Part shown: piece after piece, positions 39,193 through 48,037 of the stretch
How positions within the stretch are numbered: position 1 is the stretch's first letter
Layout of the letters: every line of letters starts with the position of its first letter
DNA from: a virus
Virus record (IMG/VR): IMGVR_UViG_3300045116_000451
Coordinates: 31,654-95,653 of that record
Reading direction: 5' to 3' (one strand)
Length of the DNA: 64,000 nucleotides
Made by a program: the position numbers and the translations under genes
The notes under the pieces: generated by a model
What the model saw: the letters and a program-made list of their open reading frames with translations, nothing else
Told to the model about the DNA's origin: nothing
Database searches by the model: none

Positions 39193-39837
39193 CTAGCCAG
39201 AATCGTCGTTGTCTTCTTCGTCATCGTCCGGCTCGTTCGAGCGCAGCCAAGGCGCCGGAACGCCCGCCGAAGGGGCGCTGCGCAGCGCCGGAGCGAACGG
39301 CTTGAGCAGGAAGTACGCCCCGACGAGCCCTCCGGCTCCGATGAGAAAGCGCGTCAGGCCACCTGCGCCGAGGGCGTGCGGGAGCTGCCCCGCGCCCGCG
39401 ACGCCCAGCCCGGCTCCGAGCGCGCCCTTCCAGCTGGACGTAAGCAGGTAGCCGAGCGCTGCAGCCGTACCGACCTGAGCGAGCCCACCGAGGACACCGA
39501 GAAGCGCGTTCGGCCTCGCGGCGAAGATGCCACCAGCCGGTCCGAAGATGCCGCCGTCCTCCTGGCCGAAGCTCGCGTGCTGCCAGGTCGGCGGCTGACG
39601 GTAGCCGTAGTAGGAGCGGCCGGGAGGCGGCGACGCTGGCGGAGCACGCGGCGCGAAGTCGTCCGCGGGGGGAATGAAGCTCGTCGGCGCGTACTGCTCG
39701 GCCTGGTGGGCCGGCGGACGCTCTCCCTGGTAGCCCTCCGGCGCTGGTCCCATCTCGCTCACGTCGAACATGCTCACCTCACCCGGCAAGGACCCCGCAG
39801 GCTCTTCGAGCGCCCATCCGGTCGGGTCGTTGCTCAT
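39193..39837 (-). CDS. membrane protein
   Basis: Hydrophobic helices, GGIF twice, acidic tail. Confidence 0.7.
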   Translation of the reverse strand: MSNDPTGWALEEPAGSLPGEVSMFDVSEMGPAPEGYQGERPPAHQAEQYAPTSFIPPADDFAPRAPPASPPPGRSYYGYRQPPTWQHASFGQEDGGIFGPAGGIFAARPNALLGVLGGLAQVGTAAALGYLLTSSWKGALGAGLGVAGAGQLPHALGAGGLTRFLIGAGGLVGAYFLLKPFAPALRSAPSAGVPAPWLRSNEPDDDEEDNDDSG

Positions 39838-39925
39838 GCGAAGATGCTACGCTGAGAGAGAAGCGACGTCACGTGTGCGGCTGGTCGCGCCCTCTTCCGC
39901 GTCTCGCCGGGGCCGCACCTTTGGT

Positions 39926-40501
39926 TTATCCAATTTGCATCATGAATGGTCGCAAGCCGGCAAGCACCTTGTTTTCGATCTCTTCGGTTAGTTCCGATGT
40001 AAGCTCGCGGGGGTCGCTCGGCGGTTGGGTGTGAAGTTGCGGAATCCGGTCGCCTTCGTGAAAATAGCCAGGTTGTAGGCGCGTGGTCACGTAGACTGGG
40101 GCCTTCGCAGGTAGAAAAAACGGCGAATCTTCTAGATACCGGGAAGGCGCTCTTTTCACCCATCCGACGAGGCCTTCGAGCAGTCGAGGCTTGTCGGTGC
40201 AGGGCTCGAAATTCGTAAGGCGCCTCAGTGCCCCCACGTCCTCGGTGTGCATCGTGAACGGACCCCTCAGAAATGCGAAACTGTCTCGCACTTCTTCGAC
40301 CGTAGCTGGAAGGCATTCGGGATCGAATGCGCCAACCATCATTTGCCACATCGACAGTTCTGGTTGCGTGGCTTGTCGATGTTGCCTGCTGTCGTCGTGT
40401 TCGATGATGTAGAAACCGTCGCAGTGAAAGGTCAGCCCGAACCTAGCCGCCATGCGTTCGTAGTTCTTGTCACGGTAGCCGATGTACTTGAGTTGCTTCA
40501 T
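39926..40501 (-). CDS. hypothetical protein
   Basis: 191 aa, lower GC. Confidence 0.55.
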   Translation of the reverse strand: MKQLKYIGYRDKNYERMAARFGLTFHCDGFYIIEHDDSRQHRQATQPELSMWQMMVGAFDPECLPATVEEVRDSFAFLRGPFTMHTEDVGALRRLTNFEPCTDKPRLLEGLVGWVKRAPSRYLEDSPFFLPAKAPVYVTTRLQPGYFHEGDRIPQLHTQPPSDPRELTSELTEEIENKVLAGLRPFMMQIG

Positions 40502-40522
40502 GCGTCACGGCCGTTGGTCGCC

Positions 40523-40942
40523 TTACGGAACACCTTGACAATCGCAATCTTTAACGATGCACGCTCCGTAGCAGCGGTGCCATTTTTGCAGATGCCCGCA
40601 TTTGAGACATGGAGACGCTTCGTCAATCGCCTTCTGTTGTGCTCTCTCGTGTTCCAACTTCCACTCCGTGGCGTCGTCGGGAGGGGCAAACGCTGGCGTC
40701 TGCACTATCTCCCAGTCGTCTGCCGTCAGGTCGTTCGTGCTCAGTTGGGCGTGTCTTGTGAATTCCAGATGATCGCCCGCCCCGGCATACGTTATCAAGA
40801 GTCCAGAAACTTCGGCAACGATCACGTACTCCAACTGGCCGGGATTCGTTGGGTGTCCATTCGGCCAATTCGGATCGACCCATGCGCGACGACGAACCGC
40901 GTGTCCGTTCCTGAGCGCGAGCGCGGCTTTACGTATTTTCAT
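40523..40942 (-). CDS. hypothetical protein (phage DUF2829-like)
   Basis: ALRNGHAVRRRAW...NDLTADDWEIV. Confidence 0.55.
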   Translation of the reverse strand: MKIRKAALALRNGHAVRRRAWVDPNWPNGHPTNPGQLEYVIVAEVSGLLITYAGAGDHLEFTRHAQLSTNDLTADDWEIVQTPAFAPPDDATEWKLEHERAQQKAIDEASPCLKCGHLQKWHRCYGACIVKDCDCQGVP

Positions 40943-40958
40943 GGTGCACGATCACGGG

Positions 40959-41870
40959 TCAGCTGCGCGAGCGACCGCCGATGGCCGCTTCGAACTTGCT
41001 CAAAGCATCTCCCAAGCACCAGCAGAACTCGGAGTCGGGAATTCCATCTTGCGATCCACCGAACGGGTTCTTGAAGCGCAAAAGCCCCGACCCAGAAAAG
41101 CCCAGGTCTTCCAAAACACCGAACATCGTAGCTTCATTGCGCAACCACGGCTCCCTGTGCTCGAGGATGAGCTTGGCCGCGAGCACTTCTTCTTCGGGAG
41201 GGACCGACCAGTCGTGAAAGTGCACAACGCTATCGTCCGTCATGTCCCGGCAGATGCGCGTGTTCTTGGCCGCCATGGCCGAGTTGCGGTGCGCCAGCAT
41301 GTACCGATGACCCGTCAGCCCGCCGTACGCGAAAAGCAGGCGATCCCGCGACCAGTCGGCATGCTGCTCCTCGTCCAGGAACGCGAGCAGAACGTCCGTT
41401 GCCGGGCCCACCGCCGCCTGGTAGCACGACGGGCAGCACGGGGTTGGGCGTTTTACCGTGGCCGCTGCCTCGGGCTTCTTCGTGTCGTCGTTGGTAGCGT
41501 CCTTGGCGACCTGCTCGGCGAGCGATTGCAACTCTGCCCTGGCGCCGTGGGAGGTGAGCACCTCACCGTTCGCAAGCCGCACGGCCGTGAGCACGTCCGT
41601 CCCGGGGCGCATGATCTTGGCCGCGATCGGGCCCACTTTTTCTAGCGGCGCAGTCACCAAGAACACGTGTGTTTCCGTTTCTGATTCAGGAAACGGAAAC
41701 GCCCTCCACTTCGGCAGCCACCCCTGCTTGATGCACTCGCCGGCGATCTCGTTCGCGACGCGCATCTCGTCCGCGGTCGGCTTCTCCAGCGTCAGGACCG
41801 TGTGCTCGGGCTTCCCCGGCGCAGGTTCGAGCCGAAGGTCACCGTTCCAGCTCGGGATGTACCACTTCAT
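40959..41870 (-). CDS. hypothetical protein
   Basis: 303 aa coupled ORF. Confidence 0.7.
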   Translation of the reverse strand: MKWYIPSWNGDLRLEPAPGKPEHTVLTLEKPTADEMRVANEIAGECIKQGWLPKWRAFPFPESETETHVFLVTAPLEKVGPIAAKIMRPGTDVLTAVRLANGEVLTSHGARAELQSLAEQVAKDATNDDTKKPEAAATVKRPTPCCPSCYQAAVGPATDVLLAFLDEEQHADWSRDRLLFAYGGLTGHRYMLAHRNSAMAAKNTRICRDMTDDSVVHFHDWSVPPEEEVLAAKLILEHREPWLRNEATMFGVLEDLGFSGSGLLRFKNPFGGSQDGIPDSEFCWCLGDALSKFEAAIGGRSRS

Positions 41871-42496
41871 CGTTTGTTTCCTTTCGTTCGACTGAATCGG
41901 CCGCCCTTTGCGGGTACTACTTTCATCGGAATGCCGTCGGGCTCTCGCACGCGAGAAGTCAGGGGCGCCTTCCCCGGAAGCAACTGGAACTTGGACAACG
42001 GAGCGACGGAGCCGAGCCCCTTCGTTCGGACGTCGATCTGGGCCTGCAAGATGGCCGCGACGGCGTCCAGGTTCTGCCCCCGAGCGATGGCCAGCGTGTT
42101 GACGAGTTCGACCAGGGACGGCATCGGTGGCACTGCGGGCTGCGGCTTGGACATCGCGGTCAGGGCGTTGACGATCTCACGGATCGCCGTGACCGCGAAC
42201 GTCTCCTTGTCGTTTCTCGGACCGGTAACGGGCGCCATTGGTTGACCGACGTCGGAGTCGGCTTCGACCGTGTAGATGTTCGAACCGAACGAGCGTCTGC
42301 GTGAAAGGATTTCCGCGCCCGACACGAGAAGCAGCACCTGCTGCGCGAGTTTGGACAGCGCTTCGAGTTCGTGGCAGGTGCGCGCGGTCAGGTCGCCTTC
42401 GAGGAGCCCGCGCATCTTCGCCTGGATGGCGACGAGAATTCTCCTGTCGACGGGTTTGAGTGACCTTGGCGAACCGGAGGAGACGGGTGCGTTCAT
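41867..42496 (-). CDS. hypothetical protein
   Basis: 209 aa, AGGA RBS. Confidence 0.6.
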   Translation of the reverse strand: MNAPVSSGSPRSLKPVDRRILVAIQAKMRGLLEGDLTARTCHELEALSKLAQQVLLLVSGAEILSRRRSFGSNIYTVEADSDVGQPMAPVTGPRNDKETFAVTAIREIVNALTAMSKPQPAVPPMPSLVELVNTLAIARGQNLDAVAAILQAQIDVRTKGLGSVAPLSKFQLLPGKAPLTSRVREPDGIPMKVVPAKGGRFSRTKGNKR

Positions 42497-42538
42497 CGAT
42501 CGTTTCCTTCCTGCATGTCGGTTGAATCGCTTCGGCTA

Positions 42539-42973
42539 TCACGGCTCCTGGCGTGACGCGGATCTTGCCCTGCCGCGACGGGCTTTCGGTTTGGGCTCGA
42601 ACCCGGTCGGATCGAGCACGGTCACTTGGACGTTCACTCCGGCCCGGCCCTTCGTTTTGTTGATGAGTGAGGACGTGACCTGCCGGTCGTCCTGCCACAG
42701 CACGCCGTTGCCGGCGTCCATCACGGTCGCGAGCAGCTTGTCGACGTCACCGGCCGTGGACTTGGGGCAAAAAGCCGACACGCTCAGCGCGTACGAGGCG
42801 TCCAGCGGCCAACCGCGCGGACGGGCGCAACGCATCGCGAGCCCTAGGCCGTCACGACACTTCACGTAGTCGCGGTCCATGTACGCGGCGCCGCGCTTGA
42901 GCACGCGCGGTCGTGGCTGCGGGACAAGTCGAATAATCTTCGATTGAAACCCGATCATGATCGGAAATCTCAT
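42539..42973 (-). CDS. rusA: RusA-family Holliday junction resolvase
   Basis: PQPRPR, GDVDKL, MDAGNGVLWQDDRQV. Confidence 0.8.
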   Translation of the reverse strand: MRFPIMIGFQSKIIRLVPQPRPRVLKRGAAYMDRDYVKCRDGLGLAMRCARPRGWPLDASYALSVSAFCPKSTAGDVDKLLATVMDAGNGVLWQDDRQVTSSLINKTKGRAGVNVQVTVLDPTGFEPKPKARRGRARSASRQEP

Positions 42974-43016
42974 CGTTAACGATTCCTTGTGCGGCTTGTT
43001 CAGGCCCGACGTCGCA

Positions 43017-43045
43017 AGTTTACGCATACGAAACGCGACCGTCAA
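43017..43045 (-). promoter_or_regulatory. sigma70-like promoter upstream of rusA, divergent from CRISPR array 1
   Basis: TTGACG-N17-TAAACT. Confidence 0.55.
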
Positions 43046-43269
43046 GCTTTTTTTCACCCGGGCCGTCTCGTCGGAGGACGTCGAGATCCCACATGACGCG
43101 CCGGCGCCCGGGACCTCTCGCAACTCAGAAAACTCTAAACAAAACGCCAGGATAAGTGCTTGCGGGCTCGAGCAATCGCCGTCCCGCAGCTGCGAAAGAG
43201 GCCAGGAAGTAGAAACCGCTCGCAAGAGCTTGCGGAACGCATCGAAACGACGTATGTTCTACGTGACCC

Positions 43270-43940
43270 ATCTAAACCCCATCGCGGCGGGCAACGAGCC
43301 GCGACGGGTGCTGCGGCGCCTTGCGCGGCCGGAAGTCGGCGCATCTAAACCCCATCGCGGCGGGCAACGAGCCGCGACCAGCCCACCGGCGCCGAAGGGG
43401 ATGTCGATCATGGCATCTAAACCCCATCGCGGCGGGCAACGAGCCGCGACGGCGTTGCCCAGATCGGTCAGCGGCCGGACGCCGTCGGATCTAAACCCCA
43501 TCGCGGCGGGCAACGAGCCGCGACTGCGCCGGCGGCGCCGACGGCCCGCCTGGCGTGTACGATCTAAACCCCATCGCGGCGGGCAAGGAACCGCGACGCC
43601 AGCGTCCCTCGGGCCCGAGGCCGGCCATGCCCGATCTCAATCCCATCGCGGCGGGCAAGGAGCCGCGACATCACGCATCGCACGACACCTCGGCCAAGGT
43701 CCGACCGAATCTAAACCCCATCACGGCGGGCAAGAAGCCGCGACAAGAGCAGCAGGGAGTAACTCGTAACTCTATCGCGGCGGGCAAGGAGCCGCGCCCG
43801 AGCACGCCACCGGCTGGGTGCGCGTCGCCATCGGGATCTCAACCCCATCGCGGCGGGCAAGGAGCCGCGACGCGTGGGGCGTCCATATCACCCCGACGCA
43901 TCGCATCTAAACTCCATCGCGGCGAGCAATGAGCCGCGAC
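43270..43940 (+). CRISPR. CRISPR array 1: 10 repeats, 9 spacers
   Basis: 36-bp repeat ATCTAAACCCCATCGCGGCGGGCAACGAGCCGCGAC at 43270, 43343, 43415, 43489, 43562, 43634, 43709, 43763 (degenerate), 43836, 43905; spacers 33-39 bp except one of 18 bp. Confidence 0.97.
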
Positions 43941-43965
43941 CCAGGTGATCGCGCAGCATCGCGAT

Positions 43966-44736
43966 TCATACGGAAACAGCGTCCCAGCCTTCGGGCGCCT
44001 TTGCGCTCGCCCGGTACGACAAGAGCGCGGACGGGATCCAGCCGAGCACCTTGCGACCACGACGACCCGGCTTCGGCGAAAGATCCGTGAGCCAAAGCTC
44101 TCCGGTGCGTTCCTCGAACAGGTGCATCTGAAGCTTCACGCATTGCAGCCCGCCGTGGTCCTCGTCAACCTGCCCGGCCTCGACGAACTCGTAGGTGTCC
44201 TCGCCAACCTGGCTCACGGGCATGAGCGCGTGCTCGATCCCGCCGAAGTCCTCGCCCGAGCTGCGGCAGCCGATGACCATGTAGTCGCCTAGGGAAGGGC
44301 GCAGGTTCACAAGCCCCGGCAGACCGGCCACGCGCTGCCAGGCAGCCATCTTCTTCGCGTACTCGATCGCGCGAGTGACCGCGTAGCGGAGCGGTCCCGG
44401 GATCGGGTAGTAGGGCTCGTAGAGGCACACGGCGTCCACGCCACATAGCGCGTGCACGTGCTCGAGAAACAAACCGCAGGTGGAAATGCCTTCTTTCTTC
44501 GCGATGCTGAACGGCCGCTTCAGAAGGTAGCTCGGGATGCCAGGGCCCAGAGCGTCGTGAAACGACTCAAACAACTCGGGCACGCCCGCGCTCAGGTAGC
44601 GGCACCGGATGGCGTGCGCGATCATGATCCGCGCGGCGGCAAACCCGTCCGCCGGCGGCGAGGGCACTTCGACGAGAGGCGTCGTGTGATCGATGCCGAG
44701 CCAGGTCCACGTGTCGGTCGGAGGCGAGAACGTCAT
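43966..44736 (-). CDS. NlpC/P60/CHAP-like amidase (candidate lysin)
   Basis: STCGLF (Cys), PSLGDYMVIG, IEHA (His). Confidence 0.55.
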   Translation of the reverse strand: MTFSPPTDTWTWLGIDHTTPLVEVPSPPADGFAAARIMIAHAIRCRYLSAGVPELFESFHDALGPGIPSYLLKRPFSIAKKEGISTCGLFLEHVHALCGVDAVCLYEPYYPIPGPLRYAVTRAIEYAKKMAAWQRVAGLPGLVNLRPSLGDYMVIGCRSSGEDFGGIEHALMPVSQVGEDTYEFVEAGQVDEDHGGLQCVKLQMHLFEERTGELWLTDLSPKPGRRGRKVLGWIPSALLSYRASAKAPEGWDAVSV

Positions 44737-44744
44737 CGAAGCGC

Positions 44745-45770
44745 CTACGCGGGCATGACGCCCGAGATGACGCGCACGCCCGTGTCGATCGGCGGATTCT
44801 TTGGCGACGGGGCGCCCATGGCCCCGATCCCGAACATGACCGAGAACGCCCAGTCCTCACCGCCCACGCAGTTGCCTTCGGAATCGATGATGAAGCTCCA
44901 GTCCCGCGGCTCGTGCAGCCCCATCGTCAGCTCGTCGTCCAGGTTGTACTTGTAGCACTCGACCGCGAACTCGTTGCCGAGGCACTTCAGGAACTTCGGC
45001 AAGAACGTCGCCGTCAGGCAGTTGAACGAGTCGGCCGGGTTGTCCGGGAACGTGATGCCAGGGAAGTTCGGATCGAAGACGCCCTGCTGGTAGTCCATCG
45101 TTTGCACGGCATCGGTCGACGTCGCTCCCGGGTACCGAGGCGATCGAGTCGTGACGCCGGAGTCCGTCGGGATGGCGACCGAGTCCGTGAACAGGCCCCC
45201 GTAGAAGGGGGCTCGGAGGCGCGTCGTGTGCGATGGCGAGAAGAACACGGGCGCTGGCCGAGCATACGTCACCGCCTCGGCGCTTGCCGGGATGACCGTG
45301 CGGCTTCCGCTGACGAGCAGCGACGGCCGGCCCGGGACCATGCCGACGCGAGAGTCCGCCGCTCCCAGGCTCGCCTTGCCGATCCCGAACGGAGCCCGCG
45401 CGTGCGTTCGGCGCGTGTAGTCGGCCGCGCTTCGCTCGCGCCAAATGACGCGCCAGACGTACACCCACTGCGCCGTTTCATCGAGCGTCACGCGCTTGGG
45501 AACGAGCGGGAAGAGCACGAGCATGGTCGAGCCGATCGGGACGGGCACGAACTTCGCGAGAAGGGGCGAGATACCCTCGGGCGGGCTCGCTCGGCGCGCT
45601 TCGGGGTCCAAGGCCGTCTCGTAGTCGGGCTGTCCCACGGGCGGGATGGTCTTCGCCTGCGGGTACGTGAACAGGATTGGCACGGATCCGGACTGCCCAT
45701 GGTAGTCGCCTTCGAACCGCCACGGGGGCCTCAGAACCTTCTCGAGCTGGGTGTCGGCGTCGTAGGACAT
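44745..45770 (-). CDS. putative virion protein
   Basis: ATG 45770 after the upstream stop; Pro- and aromatic-rich. Confidence 0.6.
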   Translation of the reverse strand: MSYDADTQLEKVLRPPWRFEGDYHGQSGSVPILFTYPQAKTIPPVGQPDYETALDPEARRASPPEGISPLLAKFVPVPIGSTMLVLFPLVPKRVTLDETAQWVYVWRVIWRERSAADYTRRTHARAPFGIGKASLGAADSRVGMVPGRPSLLVSGSRTVIPASAEAVTYARPAPVFFSPSHTTRLRAPFYGGLFTDSVAIPTDSGVTTRSPRYPGATSTDAVQTMDYQQGVFDPNFPGITFPDNPADSFNCLTATFLPKFLKCLGNEFAVECYKYNLDDELTMGLHEPRDWSFIIDSEGNCVGGEDWAFSVMFGIGAMGAPSPKNPPIDTGVRVISGVMPA

Positions 45771-45775
45771 GTCGT

Positions 45776-46843
45776 TCACCGGTCCGTGAGGAGCAGCTGC
45801 AGCTTGACCATCTGCGGGTCGTCCGTGGCGTTCGAGAGCGTGAGCACGGGCCGCTCTATTGGCAGCACGCCCGAAGGCAGCGAGACGGAAGCGGCCGGGA
45901 TTGAGAGCAGGTTCGAAACGGCCACCACGGGAACGATCAGGGGCTCGTTCGAGTAGTCGTCCCAATCCCAGGTGATGATGCCGCCGCCCACCGTCCCGCC
46001 CGTCACGCGAGGCAGCCACGTCCCACCGAAGAGGCGCGCCACGGCTGGCGGCGCGCCCGGCGGGTCCGTCGGCGGGAGCAAGAACGCCATGATCTCGGAG
46101 CGCCACAAGCGCCATGTCGGGCGCGCTGCGGTCTGCCGCACGGGAAACGGGTTCGCGGCGATCTGCGAGAAGAGCCACGAGCCGGTGTAGGCCCCCTCGT
46201 CGTCCCACATGACGAACGCGGGCACGGTGCACGCCGGGTGCACGTGCGTTATGCTCGCCTGCGGGTACGTCGAAACGGCGAGCTTGGCGACGAGCGAGAC
46301 GTTGATGACGGCGTCGTTCGGCGTCAGGTCCGGCACGAACCCAGGCCTGACGTAGACCTCCCAGAACGCCGGTGCCCCGGCCAGCTCGAGCACCGCCTCG
46401 TCCGTGTCCAGGTCCCCGCCCCATTGCTTCGCGGCCGCAAAGCCAGCTCCCCAGAGCCAGGCTGCGGCCTCGGTGTCCTGCGACATGAGGTTGGCCGGGC
46501 TCGGCGCGTTGAAAAGCGAACGCTTGCGCACGACGATCTCGACCGAGTCGTCGTACTGCGCCTTCACGCCCGTGCCGGGGCTGTAGAGCACCTCGGCGAA
46601 CAGCTTCAAACTGGTCGCCTGCGGCAGCGTCGTCGACGCGAACCCCTTGCTGCCAACAACGCCCGGCACGGGGGACGCGTACTCCCAGACGGCCGGCTTG
46701 TGCTGTCCGGCCACGATCATGGCGACGTCCGAGGGCTTGCCCATCCCGAAGGTCACGGTCGAACGAAACGTGCCCTGGCCGTAGTCGCGCCCCGTCGGCC
46801 TGGCCACGGCGCCGTTCGGGGGATAGCGCGTGTTGTAGTTCAT
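45776..46843 (-). CDS. putative virion protein
   Basis: 355 aa beta-rich; GAGGAG RBS. Confidence 0.65.
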   Translation of the reverse strand: MNYNTRYPPNGAVARPTGRDYGQGTFRSTVTFGMGKPSDVAMIVAGQHKPAVWEYASPVPGVVGSKGFASTTLPQATSLKLFAEVLYSPGTGVKAQYDDSVEIVVRKRSLFNAPSPANLMSQDTEAAAWLWGAGFAAAKQWGGDLDTDEAVLELAGAPAFWEVYVRPGFVPDLTPNDAVINVSLVAKLAVSTYPQASITHVHPACTVPAFVMWDDEGAYTGSWLFSQIAANPFPVRQTAARPTWRLWRSEIMAFLLPPTDPPGAPPAVARLFGGTWLPRVTGGTVGGGIITWDWDDYSNEPLIVPVVAVSNLLSIPAASVSLPSGVLPIERPVLTLSNATDDPQMVKLQLLLTDR

Positions 46844-46855
46844 GCTCCTCGCATC

Positions 46856-48037
46856 CTACGAGCCCGACCCTTCGGGCACAAGGGGCGCCTCGGGCTCACC
46901 GCCGTCGAGCTTCTTCTGATTTCGCTCTGCGATCATTTCGCGCAGCTGCACCAGCTCCGAACCAATCGCTAGCTGATGTTTTTTCGCGACATCCACGACG
47001 TCAAGCACGAGGCAGTCGCGCTTGCCGGACTGGGGATTAGGCCGCAAGCCTCGTCCGATCTCCTGCATGTAGAGCACCTTGGATTCGGTTGGGCGAGCCA
47101 TCACGATCGCGTCGAGCGAGGGGTCGTCGTAGCCGTGCGTGAGGATCTGGCAGTTGGTCAAAACGGGGAAGCGGCCCGTGCGGTGCGCCTTCAAGATGAG
47201 CCTGCGGTGGCGCTCTCGCATGGCCCCGTACACGGCGTACGCCTCGATGGACCTACGACGGTACGCGTTGGCAAGATCGACGGCATGCTCGACGCCGGCG
47301 CAAAATGCCAAGATGCGGCGACCCCGAAGGTTCATGATGCTCGCGTCCACGATAACGTTGTTGCGCTCCGGCGTGTTCACGGTCTTCTCGAGCAGCTTCG
47401 CGGAAAAATCGCGCTCGCCCGTGTGCTCGTTCTTGCTCGTTCGCACGGCGTCCACGTGCACGTTCGTGTCGACCCGGACGAACTTGACCGGGCACAGCCA
47501 CCCGTCGTCGATGGCGTGCTGCAGCGGGTAGTAGTACGCGACCGAGTCCCAGCCCGCGCCGGCCAGGCTCTTCTTGTCTCCGCGGAAGGGCGTCGCGGTG
47601 ACGCCTAGGTGCCATGAGTCCGCGAAGTACCAGAGCACCCGCTGGTAGCTCGGGGAGTTCGCGTAGTGGCACTCGTCCGTGATGACGACCATGAAGTGGT
47701 TCGGCATCAGGTTCGTGAGCCGGGACGGCTTCGAAATGGTCTGGATGGAGGCGACCACGACGTCACGGCTCCACTCGTCGCGGTGAGCTTTGATGACCCC
47801 GCACTGCACGCCCACGCGATTGAGCTTGTCGACCGTTTGCTCGACCAGTTCGTCGGTGTTCACGAGCACGAGGCACCGCATTCCGTTTGCTTTCGCCATG
47901 TAGATGATGAAGACGAACAGCCAGGTCTTGCCCGTGCCGGTCGGCATGGACACGATCGTGCGCTTGTGGTTCGCTTTCCACTCGTCGCGCACGGACTCGA
48001 TGGCGGCCGATTGGTAGGGGCGCAGGTCGATGCTCAT
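46856..48037 (-). CDS. SF2 DEAD/DEAH (ResIII-like) helicase
   Basis: LRPYQ, MPTGTGKT, DECH, TATP, QEIGRGLR. Confidence 0.93.
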   Translation of the reverse strand: MSIDLRPYQSAAIESVRDEWKANHKRTIVSMPTGTGKTWLFVFIIYMAKANGMRCLVLVNTDELVEQTVDKLNRVGVQCGVIKAHRDEWSRDVVVASIQTISKPSRLTNLMPNHFMVVITDECHYANSPSYQRVLWYFADSWHLGVTATPFRGDKKSLAGAGWDSVAYYYPLQHAIDDGWLCPVKFVRVDTNVHVDAVRTSKNEHTGERDFSAKLLEKTVNTPERNNVIVDASIMNLRGRRILAFCAGVEHAVDLANAYRRRSIEAYAVYGAMRERHRRLILKAHRTGRFPVLTNCQILTHGYDDPSLDAIVMARPTESKVLYMQEIGRGLRPNPQSGKRDCLVLDVVDVAKKHQLAIGSELVQLREMIAERNQKKLDGGEPEAPLVPEGSGS

